Part shown: positions 18,187 through 29,413 of the stretch, one piece after another
Numbering within the stretch: position 1 is the stretch's first letter
Layout: each line of letters opens with the position of its first letter
The notes under the pieces: model-generated
Databases searched by the model: none
Seen by the model: the letters and a program-made list of their open reading frames with translations, nothing else
Told to the model about the DNA's origin: nothing
Source: Chloroflexota bacterium
GTDB lineage: Bacteria; Chloroflexota; Limnocylindria; Limnocylindrales; CSP1-4
Assembly: GCA_043739665.1 (NCBI GenBank)
Contig: JAYUDR010000022.1
Location: 1-43,161 of the forward strand
DNA: 43,161 nucleotides
Reading direction: 5' to 3'
Made by a program: the position numbers and the translations under genes

Positions 18187-19503
18187 ATGACCCAGGCTAC
18201 GATCGTCATAAAACCACCCGTCGACAAGCCGTCGCGCTCCATTCAATCGCTTCTGCGCGCGATGGAGATCGACACGCGTTTGCTCGGCATGGTCGGTGCG
18301 CTGGCCATTATCTGGATCGGCTTCAACGTAATGTCCGGCGGCCTGTTCCTGACGCCGCGGAATCTCTGGAACCTGTCAGTTCAGAGTTCGGCCGTCGCCA
18401 TCATGGCGACTGGCATGGTACTGATCATCGTGTCGCGCAACATCGACTTGTCGGTCGGTGCGATCCTCGGATTCACCGGCTACGTGATGGCGATGGCGCA
18501 GGCCGTGTGGATCCCGACAACACTCGGCCTCGGCTACGACCAGTGGTACACGTGGATCGTGGCGCTGGCTATCGGCATTGCGCTGGGAGCCGCAGTCGGT
18601 TGTATCCAGGGAGTCATCGTCGCGTACGGCCGTGTCCCATCGTTCATAGTGACGCTGGGCGGGATGCTGGTCTGGCGTGGCCTCATCTTTGAGATCCAGC
18701 AGGGGCAGACCATCGCCCCCATGGACAGAACCTTCAGCATCCTCGGCGGCGGCCTGCCGCACGGCGCCATTGGGCCGGTTCCGAGCTGGATCATCGGCAT
18801 CCTCGGCTGTGTGGGCATCGTCTATGCCGTAGTAAGCAGCCGAAGGAAGCGTCGCGGATACGGATTCCCAGTCCGTCCCATGTTGGCCCTCGTGGCAATC
18901 ACCGCCACGTGCTGTGCTGCCGTTCTGGCCGCAGTGATGGTGACTGATCTGTACTCCTGGCCTCCTGCGCTGGCCAGCCAGTACGCCGTCGATCACGGTA
19001 TTACGGAGCCGCCCGGCGGCCTGGTGCTCCCTGTCGGTATTGCCGTTCCGGTCCTCATCATGCTCGGCGTCGCCCTGGTCATGGCCTATATCACCATGCG
19101 CCGGCGCTTCGGACGATACGTCTTCGCCATCGGCGGCAACCCGGAAGCAGCCGAACTCGGCGGCATCAATACGCGCCGAACGGTGATGCTTACCTTTGTG
19201 TTGATGGGCGTCCTGGCCGCTATCAGCGGCGCCATCCAGACCGCCCGTCTCGACTCGGGCGTGACGAGCCTCGGCACTGGGGACGAGCTTGCCGTGATCG
19301 CGGCGGCTGTGATCGGAGGCACCTCGCTCGCCGGGGGCACCGGCACGATCCCGGGTGCCGTTCTGGGCGCCGTGGTCATGCAGTCGTTGCGGTCGGGCAT
19401 GGTCATGGTGAAGGTGGACTCACCGGTCCAGGACATCGTCGTCGGCACCGTACTGGTTGCGGCGGTGGGCCTCGACATTTTCCTCCACCGGCGCGCCAAG
19501 TAG
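18187..19503 (+). CDS. xylH: Xylose ABC transporter permease
   Basis: [31 protein letters not shown] and [11 protein letters not shown]_transp_2 motifs. Confidence 0.88.
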   Translation: MTQATIVIKPPVDKPSRSIQSLLRAMEIDTRLLGMVGALAIIWIGFNVMSGGLFLTPRNLWNLSVQSSAVAIMATGMVLIIVSRNIDLSVGAILGFTGYVMAMAQAVWIPTTLGLGYDQWYTWIVALAIGIALGAAVGCIQGVIVAYGRVPSFIVTLGGMLVWRGLIFEIQQGQTIAPMDRTFSILGGGLPHGAIGPVPSWIIGILGCVGIVYAVVSSRRKRRGYGFPVRPMLALVAITATCCAAVLAAVMVTDLYSWPPALASQYAVDHGITEPPGGLVLPVGIAVPVLIMLGVALVMAYITMRRRFGRYVFAIGGNPEAAELGGINTRRTVMLTFVLMGVLAAISGAIQTARLDSGVTSLGTGDELAVIAAAVIGGTSLAGGTGTIPGAVLGAVVMQSLRSGMVMVKVDSPVQDIVVGTVLVAAVGLDIFLHRRAK

Positions 19504-19519
19504 TTCCAGGAGCAAATTG

Positions 19520-20335
19520 ATGAATGAGGCAGTGACGGATCCCCAGTCGCCCGCGACGGATCAGCCGCCGCTCGTGGAGATGCGCCATATGCGCGTTTCC
19601 TTCGGTGGCGTACATGCGGTGGATAATGTGACCGTGGATCTTCGCCCCGGCGAAGTGGTGGGACTGGTCGGCGGCAACGGCGCGGGGAAGACCACGTTGA
19701 TGCGGGTTCTCTCGGGCGCCCACCCGGCGGACGAGGGAGAGGTGCTGATCGACGGTCAGCCGATAGCTATCGCGAACCCGCGCGCGGCTAAGGCGCTGGG
19801 GATCGAGACGATCTATCAGACGCTGGCGCTGGCCGAAAACATAGACGCGGCCGGGAACATGTTTCTCGGTCGTGAGCTGATGACTCGCTTTCAGTCACTC
19901 GATGACGCTGCGATGGAGTCCGCGACCCGAAAGGTGATCGGTCGGCTGAATCCCAACTTCAAGAACTTCAAGACTGCCGTGATGTCTCTCTCAGGCGGAC
20001 AACGGCAATCGGTCGCCATAGCGCGCGCCATTCATTTCAACGCGCGAATTCTCATCATGGACGAGCCGACTGCTGCCCTTGGCCCGGCCGAGACCAACCA
20101 GGTGCGTGATCTGATCAAGCAGCTGAAGAGCGAGGGCATCGGCATCTTCCTGATCAGCCACGACATCCACGATGTCTTCGATCTCGCGGACCGCATCAGC
20201 GTGATGCTTCACGGGAGGCTGGTTGGTACGGTCAACAAGGCCGATGTCACGACCGACGAAGTTCTGGGCATGATCATCATGGGCAAGCTGCCCAGCGAGG
20301 TCACGCAGAGGGAACTTGCCCAGCTCCACGGCTGA
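19520..20335 (+). CDS. xylG: Xylose ABC transporter ATP-binding protein (single NBD)
   Basis: Walker [14 protein letters not shown] signature, ILIMDEPT Walker B; AGGAG RBS. Confidence 0.88.
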   Translation: MNEAVTDPQSPATDQPPLVEMRHMRVSFGGVHAVDNVTVDLRPGEVVGLVGGNGAGKTTLMRVLSGAHPADEGEVLIDGQPIAIANPRAAKALGIETIYQTLALAENIDAAGNMFLGRELMTRFQSLDDAAMESATRKVIGRLNPNFKNFKTAVMSLSGGQRQSVAIARAIHFNARILIMDEPTAALGPAETNQVRDLIKQLKSEGIGIFLISHDIHDVFDLADRISVMLHGRLVGTVNKADVTTDEVLGMIIMGKLPSEVTQRELAQLHG

Positions 20336-20418
20336 CGAGCGAAATCGCTTCGTTCAGGCCTGGGAAGGCAACCAGTAGCGCCCATGGTCGACGCCGTCAG
20401 GGCCTCGAAGGTCCGGGC

Positions 20419-21615
20419 TCATGAGTCCCGATCCGGCGCGCGTCCGGACGAATCGCGAAGGACGATCGTCGGTTGGAGTATCTGGAGAGCCGTCGCTTCG
20501 AGGTCTTGGCCCTCATCGATGGCCGCCTTGACGCCGGCCGCCGCCATCTCCGCTATGGGCATGCAGACCGTAGTCAAGGGGGGCGTCGTGTACTCGGCCA
20601 TCGGCAGGTCGTCAAAGCCAACTATCGAGATCTCGCCGGGAACGTTAAGACCCATGTGGGCGGCTGCATGCAGCGCGCCTATGGCGAGTAGGTCTGTGGA
20701 GGCAATGATCGCGGTGGGGCGGTCCGGAAGGGCCATCAGTTCCCGAAACGCTCCAGCTCCGCCGCCCAGGCTGTTCCGCGCGTCGCGAACGAAGCCATCG
20801 GGTGTTTCCAGGCCCTCGGCCGCCGCCCGCTCCAGGAATGCCACCCGCCGCTCGCCGATGTCGCCGATCAGGCGGCCTTCGACGAAGGCGCCGCCGACGA
20901 ACGCAATCTTGCGGTGGCCGAGCCCGATCAGGTGGTCCATCAGGCCGCCCAGGCCAAACTTATTGTCCACGCCGACAACCGACATGCCGGGCATCCGGGC
21001 CGTGCCCTGCCACAGGCCCACGACCGGGACGTTTGTATTTCGCAGATCCTCCATCAGGCGCGGTTGATCGCTCGTGTCTCCGAGGAGCAGGATGGCATCG
21101 CAATGGCGCGTCTCGAGCACAGTGCGCAGGGCGATGGCCTCGTCGGTGTGGCCGTGGGCGTCGCCCAGGACCACGTTGTAGCCGCGTCGGTTGGCCTCGG
21201 TGGATATGGCGTCGACGGCGCCCGCGAAGAATGGGTCCGTGATTTCGCGCACGATCACGCCCAGGAGCATGGTGCGGGCGCCGCGCAGGCCGCGGGCCAA
21301 CGGGTTGGGGCGGTAGCGCATCTGCCGTGCAACTTCGAGGATCCGCTCTCTCGTCGCTGGGTTGATCGGGATTGCATTCGGGGCGCCGGTGAGGACCCGC
21401 GACACGGTGCTCTGGGAAACGCCGGCGGCGTCGGCGATGTCTTGCATCGTTGGGATGCGCGCCGGACGCACTGGTGCGGCCGAACCCCGCACGCTGCCGC
21501 CTTGTGAAGTCACACCGGGGGCGTTGGGCGGCACAAATTCGGTCGTCCTCGTATCTCGGGCGACGGCATGCCGGCGAGGTTCGCCGGAAACGCGTTTCGG
21601 GATCCTGGCTGTCAT
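20419..21615 (-). CDS. LacI-family transcriptional regulator
   Basis: TMQDIADAAGVSQSTVSRVL HTH, YRPNPLARGL hinge, SIVGFDD, PPLTTV. Start uncertain: ATG 21615 (ATGA overlap with abfA stop) or GTG 21492. Confidence 0.93.
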   Translation of the reverse strand: MTARIPKRVSGEPRRHAVARDTRTTEFVPPNAPGVTSQGGSVRGSAAPVRPARIPTMQDIADAAGVSQSTVSRVLTGAPNAIPINPATRERILEVARQMRYRPNPLARGLRGARTMLLGVIVREITDPFFAGAVDAISTEANRRGYNVVLGDAHGHTDEAIALRTVLETRHCDAILLLGDTSDQPRLMEDLRNTNVPVVGLWQGTARMPGMSVVGVDNKFGLGGLMDHLIGLGHRKIAFVGGAFVEGRLIGDIGERRVAFLERAAAEGLETPDGFVRDARNSLGGGAGAFRELMALPDRPTAIIASTDLLAIGALHAAAHMGLNVPGEISIVGFDDLPMAEYTTPPLTTVCMPIAEMAAAGVKAAIDEGQDLEATALQILQPTIVLRDSSGRAPDRDS

Positions 21616-23144
21616 GAGTTTCGGCTTGCTCCGTTTGTGGCGAACTCGATTGCTGCCATCGAGTGTGGCGGCAATGTGACGGTGCACCGCCCGACTCGAG
21701 AGTCGTCGACGACCAGACGCCGCGGCGACACTCGATCGGGGTTGGCTGGATCGTTGCCGGCAGCGGGCGCCGCCGCCGTCAGCAGCCAGCTCGACGTGGC
21801 TGCACCTGCTGCCCGGATGTTTACGGTGACGGAACCTCGGTAATCCCGGTTGATGAGAGTGACTGCCGTCTTGCCTGGTCGACCAGAAGCCGTCGCGCTC
21901 AGAGCAGGCCCGCCGAACGGGCCTGCCGAGTCGGTCGCGACCTCCACCTGCAACGCCTCGGCGCCCATGTGCGGTCGATGCATGGACAGAGCGTGATAGG
22001 TGGGAGTCTTAACGCACGCTGCGCCGTCGGTCATGACCACGGCCTGGAGAACATTGACCACCTGGGCGAGGTTGGCCATGGTGAGAACGCGGCACTGCCG
22101 ATGGAAGCCCTCGAAGGCGATCCCGGCGGCCAGGGCGTCCCTTAGGGTGTTGGCCTGCTCGAATGTCGCGGGCATCCGGCGGTCGACCCGTCCCGGCCCC
22201 CAGTCCCGCGCTTCGGGATGCCAGACGCCCCACTCGTCCAGGGCGATGCCGATCTTGTGCGACGGTTTCGCTGCGTCGGCAAGCGTCCGAGCCGTTCGCT
22301 CGATCAAGCGCTCTGTTCCGTCGGCCTCGTCGAAAAGTGCGTAGTAGTCGTCCTCGTCGAAGTTGGCCTCCGGCCCGCCGCGAACCCAATACCGGTGGAT
22401 GGACAGATGGTCGACGAGATCGACGGTCGGCCCTAGCGCAGCCAGGAATCGGGCATTCCATTCCCGATCGAGACCCATCTCCGGCAAGCCGTCGTCCTCA
22501 AGCCCGACCGCCACCAACTCCGCCCGGGGATCCACGTGGCGAATCATGGTCGCGTAGCGCCGATACTCGTGGGCGTATGCCACCGGGTCGAACCGACCGC
22601 CGCAGTCCCAGCTCTCATTGCCTATGCCCCACAGCCGAACGCTCCAGGGCTCGGGCCTGCCGTTAGCGGCTCGCTCCTGGGTCAGGCTTGTATCGATGGT
22701 CCCGTTCACGTACTCAACCCAGTCGCACAGCTCCTGGACCGAGCCGGTGCCGACGTTGCCCGCGAGATAGGCCTCGGCGCCCAGCAACTCGCACAGTCCC
22801 AGAAACTCGTGAGTTCCGAGAGCGTTGCTGTCGGGCACACGGAGCCCACACGACATGCCGAGAGTCGTCGGCCGCGAAGAGGGCGTCCCGATGCCGTCTC
22901 GCCAGTGATAGTGATCTGCGTGGCATCCGCCCGGCCAGCGAATGAGAGGCACTGGCAGATCGCGTAGTGCCGCCACGACGTCCGCTCGAAACCCGTCGAT
23001 GTCGGCAACGGCGCCGGCGCCGACCCACAGCCCGCCGTAGCAGCACCGACCGAGATGCTCGGCGAAGTGGCCGTACAGCCGACGAGAAATCGTACCGATC
23101 GGCTGGTCCTCGACTATGACCGAGGCTTCCGTCACAGACGCCAT
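21612..23144 (-). CDS. abfA: GH51 alpha-L-arabinofuranosidase
   Basis: YGHFAEHLGRC, RWPGGC, WGIGNE acid/base, LDEWGVW nucleophile, MANLAQVVN. Confidence 0.92.
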   Translation of the reverse strand: MASVTEASVIVEDQPIGTISRRLYGHFAEHLGRCCYGGLWVGAGAVADIDGFRADVVAALRDLPVPLIRWPGGCHADHYHWRDGIGTPSSRPTTLGMSCGLRVPDSNALGTHEFLGLCELLGAEAYLAGNVGTGSVQELCDWVEYVNGTIDTSLTQERAANGRPEPWSVRLWGIGNESWDCGGRFDPVAYAHEYRRYATMIRHVDPRAELVAVGLEDDGLPEMGLDREWNARFLAALGPTVDLVDHLSIHRYWVRGGPEANFDEDDYYALFDEADGTERLIERTARTLADAAKPSHKIGIALDEWGVWHPEARDWGPGRVDRRMPATFEQANTLRDALAAGIAFEGFHRQCRVLTMANLAQVVNVLQAVVMTDGAACVKTPTYHALSMHRPHMGAEALQVEVATDSAGPFGGPALSATASGRPGKTAVTLINRDYRGSVTVNIRAAGAATSSWLLTAAAPAAGNDPANPDRVSPRRLVVDDSRVGRCTVTLPPHSMAAIEFATNGASRNS

Positions 23145-23186
23145 CCCTTAGGCAAGCCAGCTCGACAGCCCGAACGCGACAAGCTT

Positions 23187-23211
23187 GCAATCGAATGTAG
23201 CATACCATTTC
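23187..23211 (-). promoter_or_regulatory. Third operator/extended -10 copy upstream of abfA-lacI
   Basis: GCAATCGAATGT-A-GCATACCATTTC; minus strand TGc-TACATT (-10 at 23199-23194); 16/20 identity to 16739-16758. Confidence 0.6.
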
Positions 23212-23292
23212 CGGCATGACATCCAAGCCATTGGAGGCGACCGGATTGGTCTTCTGAAGGCCGTTTTGGCCCAGCCGCCCACGCGGCAACCC

Positions 23293-24600
23293 CTACTTCA
23301 GGGCCTCAGCGAGGATCGCCTTGAGCTGGTCCCACTCGACCAAAAAGGCGTCATGGCCCTTTGTTGAGTGGATCTCGCGGTAGGCGGCGTCCATGCCGGC
23401 CGTCGAGGCCGCTTCGACCATATCGCAAACCTGGGTCGTACCGTACAGAATGTCGCCCTCGATGCCGACTCCCGTAAGGCGCGTACCGTAGGCCGCAAGC
23501 CGCTGCAGAGCGGCCACCGCACCGCCGCGATCTCGGCCGATGTCGTGCGTGTCCATGGCCCGGACCAGAGTGCAGTACGTGTCGTCGTCGAACCGCTCCA
23601 GGAGCTTGCGGCCCTGGTGGCGCAGATAGTTGACGATGGACGGCGTGCCGTCGGACTCGGTTCGGCCGGTGAAGCGCTGTTCGAAGTCGATCTCGCTTCG
23701 ATATGTGGTGATTGCCAGCTGGCGGGCCAGGTCCAGCCCATCGAGACCGAGACGGTCGATGATTTCGAGCTGGATGTGGTTCCAGCCGACGGCGAGCTGG
23801 CCGATGCGAGCCGGCGCGGCTATCGGCACAACCCGGCTGATCTCGCCGGGCCGCTCCAGGGCCACCTCCAGGGCGACCATGCCGCCCAGTGATCCGCCCA
23901 CGGCCAGGGCAACCTTGCCGATCCCCAGCGCGTCGAGAAGACGCCACTGGGCCCGGGCTTGGTCCCGGACGGTGATGTGTGGAAATGTTCGCCCGTACGG
24001 CTTGCCCGTCACCGCGTTGCGCGAGATCGGGCCGCTGGTGCCGTAGCGGCTGCCCAGCAGGTTGATGCAGATGACGCCGAACTTCTCGGTGTCGAGGACC
24101 TGGCCCGGGCCGATGAGAGGCGCCCACCAGTCGCCCGCGGCGTCGGCCGAGCCGGTCAGTGCGTGAACCACCAGAATCTGGCGACCCTCGCCGATCGGAA
24201 CTCCGTCGTGACGGTAGGCTCCGACCAGGTCGGGCAGCACGGCGCCAGACTCGAGCATGAAGCGCCCGAGCCAGCGAGAGACGATCTTTCCGGCTTGCGG
24301 ATCCAAGGTGTTATCCACGTTGTTCAGGCTACGAAAACCTGAGTCACCGCGTGCGGTCGAAACGCCAGGGTCGGCCGGGACGAAAACGGAGCTTGCGGCC
24401 GACCGCGCCGCCGCGGAGCTTGCCGCGGAGTGCGCCGCGGCTGAAGCGCCGGCTAGGGCCGAAAATGGCTGCGCGCCGAGCCCTGTGAGGGACCCGGCGC
24501 GCGATGTTGCGGCTGGAGTGGACTCGGCGGCGCGGGCCTCGGAGAGCGCGCTACTACCGCGCCGCCCCGAAGCCTTCAGTTCCACCGATGTCCAGTGCAT
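23293..24600 (-). CDS. metX: Homoserine O-acyl(acetyl)transferase, MetX family
   Basis: HALTGS, GGSLGGM nucleophile, DILY Asp, GHDAFL His; directly after metY. N-terminal ~90 aa is Ala/Ser-rich, so the start is uncertain (GTG 24318 alternative). Confidence 0.9.
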   Translation of the reverse strand: MHWTSVELKASGRRGSSALSEARAAESTPAATSRAGSLTGLGAQPFSALAGASAAAHSAASSAAARSAASSVFVPADPGVSTARGDSGFRSLNNVDNTLDPQAGKIVSRWLGRFMLESGAVLPDLVGAYRHDGVPIGEGRQILVVHALTGSADAAGDWWAPLIGPGQVLDTEKFGVICINLLGSRYGTSGPISRNAVTGKPYGRTFPHITVRDQARAQWRLLDALGIGKVALAVGGSLGGMVALEVALERPGEISRVVPIAAPARIGQLAVGWNHIQLEIIDRLGLDGLDLARQLAITTYRSEIDFEQRFTGRTESDGTPSIVNYLRHQGRKLLERFDDDTYCTLVRAMDTHDIGRDRGGAVAALQRLAAYGTRLTGVGIEGDILYGTTQVCDMVEAASTAGMDAAYREIHSTKGHDAFLVEWDQLKAILAEALK

Positions 24601-24615
24601 GGTTGGGTCGCCGTC

Positions 24616-26177
<1,562 letters not shown>

Positions 26178-26225
26178 CCCGGGACTGATCTTTGGTCCGG
26201 CTACGCTGCTAGGTGAGCCAGAACC

Positions 26226-26336
26226 TCAGACCCCATCCTCCGCACTTCGGGGCCGCCAGGGCATACACAACATCGAACAGCGCAGGCACGAGGCCATGCG
26301 CGAGTTCTCCCGGCGGCTGAAGGCGTGGCTATTCAT
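26226..26336 (-). CDS. Met/Cys-rich leader peptide (36 aa, MNSHAFSRRENSRMASCLRCSMLCMPWRPRSAEDGV)
   Basis: Hand translation; 3 Met + 3 Cys within 12 codons; ATG 9 nt after a TAGACT -10; overlaps the antiterminator arm. Below the ORF-track cutoff. Confidence 0.75.
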   Translation of the reverse strand: MNSHAFSRRENSRMASCLRCSMLCMPWRPRSAEDGV

Positions 26337-26345
26337 TGCCCGCGC

Positions 26346-26375
26346 AGTCTAGGCGAGTAGCTGCGCATTGTGCAA
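26346..26375 (-). promoter_or_regulatory. Sigma70-type promoter for leader-metY-metX
   Basis: TTGCAC (26375-26370) - 18 nt - TAGACT (26351-26346). Confidence 0.6.
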
Positions 26376-26434
26376 GTCCAGGTGCTCGCGCCGCAACACC
26401 GCAGGTCGGGCGGGCCCGCGGCCTGGGGCAAAAC

Positions 26435-27637
26435 CTACGCATGGTCGAGGGCCTGACGGAGGTCGGCGACCAGGTCCGCGGCCGACTCAATGCCGACCGA
26501 GAGGCGCACGAACGCCTCGGGCACGGCCAGCGCCGAATCCGCGACCGAGGCGTGCGTCATCACGGCCGGCAGCTCGATCAACGACTCCACGCCGCCGAGC
26601 GATTCGGCCAGGATGAAGATGCGGGTGCCTTCGCAGACGGCTACGGCCCTCTCGCGGGCGGAGCGGCCGCCCAGCGCTGCCGGAATGAAGCCGACCATGC
26701 CACCGCCGGAGCCACTCATCTGGCGGACGGCCAGGGCTGCCTGCGGATGGGCATGTGGGCCGTCGACCAGGCCCGGATAGCGGACTTCGGCCACGTCGTC
26801 GCGGGCGGCCAGAAAGCGGGCGACGGTCTCCGCGTTCTCGCCGTGGCGCTCCATCCGAAGGACCAGCGTCCTGAGGCCGCGCAGGATCAGGAAGCAATCC
26901 TGGGGTCCCGGAATGGCACCGTTGGCGTTCTGCAGGAAGTGGAGCTGGTCGGCGACCTCGTCGTCGCTGGTGACGGCGACACCGGCGATCGTGTCGGAGT
27001 GCCCGCCGAGGTACTTGGTCGCGGAGTGGTAGACGATGTCCGCGCCCAACTCCAGCGGGCGCTGCAACGCGGGTGAGGCAAAGGTGTTGTCGACGACGAT
27101 GAGCGGTCGGCGGCCGCGGGATCCGCGATGCCCGGCCACGGCAGCCGCGACGGCACCTATGTCCACGAGTCGAAGTAGGGGATTGGTGGGCGTCTCGAAC
27201 CAGACCAGCCGGGTACGCTCCGTGAGGTTTGCGTCGAGCACCGCCGCGGGATCCGCCGCCAGGTCAACGAAGCGGGCCTGAACTCCACGCGGCCGTGCGA
27301 CCTTGTCGAACCACCGGAATGTGCCGCCATAGACGTCGTTGCCGACGATCACTTCGTCGCCCGGGAGGGCCAACTCGCCGATGGTCGACGTGACGGCGCT
27401 GCCGGAGGCAAAGGCGATGCCGTGCGCGCCGCCCTCCAGGTCCGCCACAGCGCGCTCCAGCCGTGACCGCGTGGGGTTGCCGGTTCGAGCGTATTCCCAG
27501 CCGCCGCGAGGACGGCCGACGCCGTCCTGGGCGAAGGTGCTGGTTTGGTAGATGGGCGGCGAGACGGCGCCGGTTAGCTCGTCGGGCTCGCCGCCGGCAT
27601 GGACAACACGCGTCTCGAATTCGAACTTGTCAGCCAC
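26435..27637 (-). CDS. Cystathionine gamma-lyase / gamma-synthase family PLP enzyme (likely gamma-lyase of reverse transsulfuration)
   Basis: YARTGNPTR, ETPTNP, VDNTF, HSATKYLGGHSD, AESLGGVESL; overlaps the CBS stop. Confidence 0.9.
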   Translation of the reverse strand: MADKFEFETRVVHAGGEPDELTGAVSPPIYQTSTFAQDGVGRPRGGWEYARTGNPTRSRLERAVADLEGGAHGIAFASGSAVTSTIGELALPGDEVIVGNDVYGGTFRWFDKVARPRGVQARFVDLAADPAAVLDANLTERTRLVWFETPTNPLLRLVDIGAVAAAVAGHRGSRGRRPLIVVDNTFASPALQRPLELGADIVYHSATKYLGGHSDTIAGVAVTSDDEVADQLHFLQNANGAIPGPQDCFLILRGLRTLVLRMERHGENAETVARFLAARDDVAEVRYPGLVDGPHAHPQAALAVRQMSGSGGGMVGFIPAALGGRSARERAVAVCEGTRIFILAESLGGVESLIELPAVMTHASVADSALAVPEAFVRLSVGIESAADLVADLRQALDHA

Positions 27638-29117
27638 GTCGGCCTCCGGCAGCGGTAGTGTGGTTTAGGAACTCCAGCAGATCGAGCCGGGTCGCGATGC
27701 CGGTCGGCGATCCGTCGCGGATCAAGACGACCGCCTGCGCGCCGCCGGACAGTAGCCCGTACGACTCCTCGACCGCGGCGTTCTCGTCCACGAGCGGCAG
27801 CGGCCTGTCCATAACCTCACCGACCGTCCGGCCGATGATGGCGGGGTCGCGGAAGGCACGGTCCAGCAGACCGCGGTCCGAGACGGAGCCGACGATCGAA
27901 GCCGCGTTTACGGGTGCGCCCACTGCCGCCTCCGAAACCGGCATCTGGCTGATGCCGTATTCCTGAAGCCGCGTGATTGCCGCGCCCACCGTCTCTGTCG
28001 TGTGGATGACGACGAGGGGTGGAAGCGCCGTGCCGTGGTGGTGGTCGGACAGAAGATCACCGATGCGGGCGATCGATGCCGGCCGTGTGAGGAGCCCATG
28101 CTCGCGCAGCCATTCGTCGTTGTAGAGCTTCGAGAGGTAGTTCCGGCCGGTGTCCGGCAACAGCACCACGATGACCGCGTCAGCGCCCACGCCGCGCTCG
28201 GTCAGCTCACGGGCAACGACAAGAGCCGCCACGAGCGCAGTCCCCGACGACTCGCCGGCGAGGATGCCTTCCTCCCGAGTCAGCCGTCGCGCGGCCGCGA
28301 AGGCATCGGCATCCGGCACTCGCACCCACCGATCGACGAGATTGGGGTCGAGCGTATCAGGCCAGAAGTCCTCACCCACGCCTTCGGTAAGGTACGGCCG
28401 CGGAACGTCGCCCGAGAACACGCTGCCCTCAGTGTCGCCGCCGACCACGACAACGTCCGGCCGCTGCGACCGCAGATAGCGGGCCACTCCGGTGATCGTT
28501 CCGCCCGTGCCGGCGCCGGCTACGAAGTGAGTCACCTTGCCGGCCGTCTGGCGCCAGATTTCGGGCCCGGTGGTTCGTTCGTGGGCCGCCGGGTTCTCCT
28601 CGTTCCAATATTGGCCGGGCATGAACGCGCCCGGAATGTCGCGGGCCAGTCGCGCCGCCACCGAGTAGTAGCTCTCGGGCGACTCAGGTGGCACGGCCGT
28701 GGGGCATACGACAACCTCGGCGCCATAGGCGCGGAGGAGGGCTTGCTTCTCGGACGACTGCTTGTCGGCCATAACGAAGATGCAGCGATAGCCCCTGAGC
28801 GCAGCGGCGATGGCCAGGCCGTGGCCGGTGTTGCCGCTCGTTGGCTCGATGATCGTCCCACCCGGCCTCAACAGGCCGGCACGTTCGGCCGCCTCGATCA
28901 TGGGCAGGCCGATCCGGTCCTTGACCGAGCCTCCCGGGTTGAGCATTTCGAGCTTGGCCAAGACGAGAGGTTGGCGATCGATCGGACCGAGGTCGCGGGT
29001 GGTGCGGCTGAGCCGGACGAGGGGCGTATTGCCTACGAGGTCCAGGATCGAGTCGGCGAACTCGATGGCGTTGCCAGGGGCTGCGGCGACGGAGAGGCGA
29101 GATGCCGCGAGTGTCAT
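27630..29117 (-). CDS. cbs: Cystathionine beta-synthase with C-terminal CBS-domain pair
   Basis: NPGGSVKDRI PLP lysine, EPTSGNTG, GAGTGGT, EGVGEDFWP, PDTGRNYLSKLYND, C-terminal GISQMPV CBS domains; ATG 29117 behind GGAG. Confidence 0.92.
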   Translation of the reverse strand: MTLAASRLSVAAAPGNAIEFADSILDLVGNTPLVRLSRTTRDLGPIDRQPLVLAKLEMLNPGGSVKDRIGLPMIEAAERAGLLRPGGTIIEPTSGNTGHGLAIAAALRGYRCIFVMADKQSSEKQALLRAYGAEVVVCPTAVPPESPESYYSVAARLARDIPGAFMPGQYWNEENPAAHERTTGPEIWRQTAGKVTHFVAGAGTGGTITGVARYLRSQRPDVVVVGGDTEGSVFSGDVPRPYLTEGVGEDFWPDTLDPNLVDRWVRVPDADAFAAARRLTREEGILAGESSGTALVAALVVARELTERGVGADAVIVVLLPDTGRNYLSKLYNDEWLREHGLLTRPASIARIGDLLSDHHHGTALPPLVVIHTTETVGAAITRLQEYGISQMPVSEAAVGAPVNAASIVGSVSDRGLLDRAFRDPAIIGRTVGEVMDRPLPLVDENAAVEESYGLLSGGAQAVVLIRDGSPTGIATRLDLLEFLNHTTAAGGRRG

Positions 29118-29200
29118 TAGTGACTCCGGGTGACGATGAGGTGGTGCCGAGGACATGAGCAGGGCGGAAGGGCTGCGACCCCGCCGACCGGTTCGAGCGG

Positions 29201-29235
29201 AATCAAAAGGCCGCAACTCCGATGAAGCTGCGGCC
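29201..29235 (-). terminator. Intrinsic terminator (attenuator) in the cbs leader
   Basis: Minus strand GGCCGCAGCTTC-ATC-GGAGTTGCGGCC (12 bp, 2 G-U) followed by TTTTGATT. Confidence 0.85.
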
Positions 29236-29258
29236 CCGCATGGTCTGTGCCCGGCTCG

Positions 29259-29345
29259 TCAGGTCGCGACGTGCTCGGTGCCAGACCCCATCCCTCGATG
29301 GCGGGGCCGCCTCGAACACGTACAGAGAATGCGCACTGATTTCAC
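29259..29345 (-). CDS. Leaderless Cys-containing leader peptide (28 aa, MKSVRILCTCSRRPRHRGMGSGTEHVAT)
   Basis: Hand translation from GTG 29345, 6 nt after extended -10 TG-G-TCTAAT (29360-29352); TGT-ACG-TGT Cys pair just ahead of the antiterminator arm. Confidence 0.7.
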   Translation of the reverse strand: MKSVRILCTCSRRPRHRGMGSGTEHVAT

Positions 29346-29413
29346 GAGGAAATTAGACCACAGAATGGCCACGGCGTGCGGCTGTCTCCGATGAGCGCGG
29401 GCTGAGGCCGCAC

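Noticed and set aside
19520-20335. xylG as a truncated pseudogene (half the length of E. coli XylG)
   Set aside because: It has a complete single NBD with all motifs; single-domain CUT2 ATPases are known.
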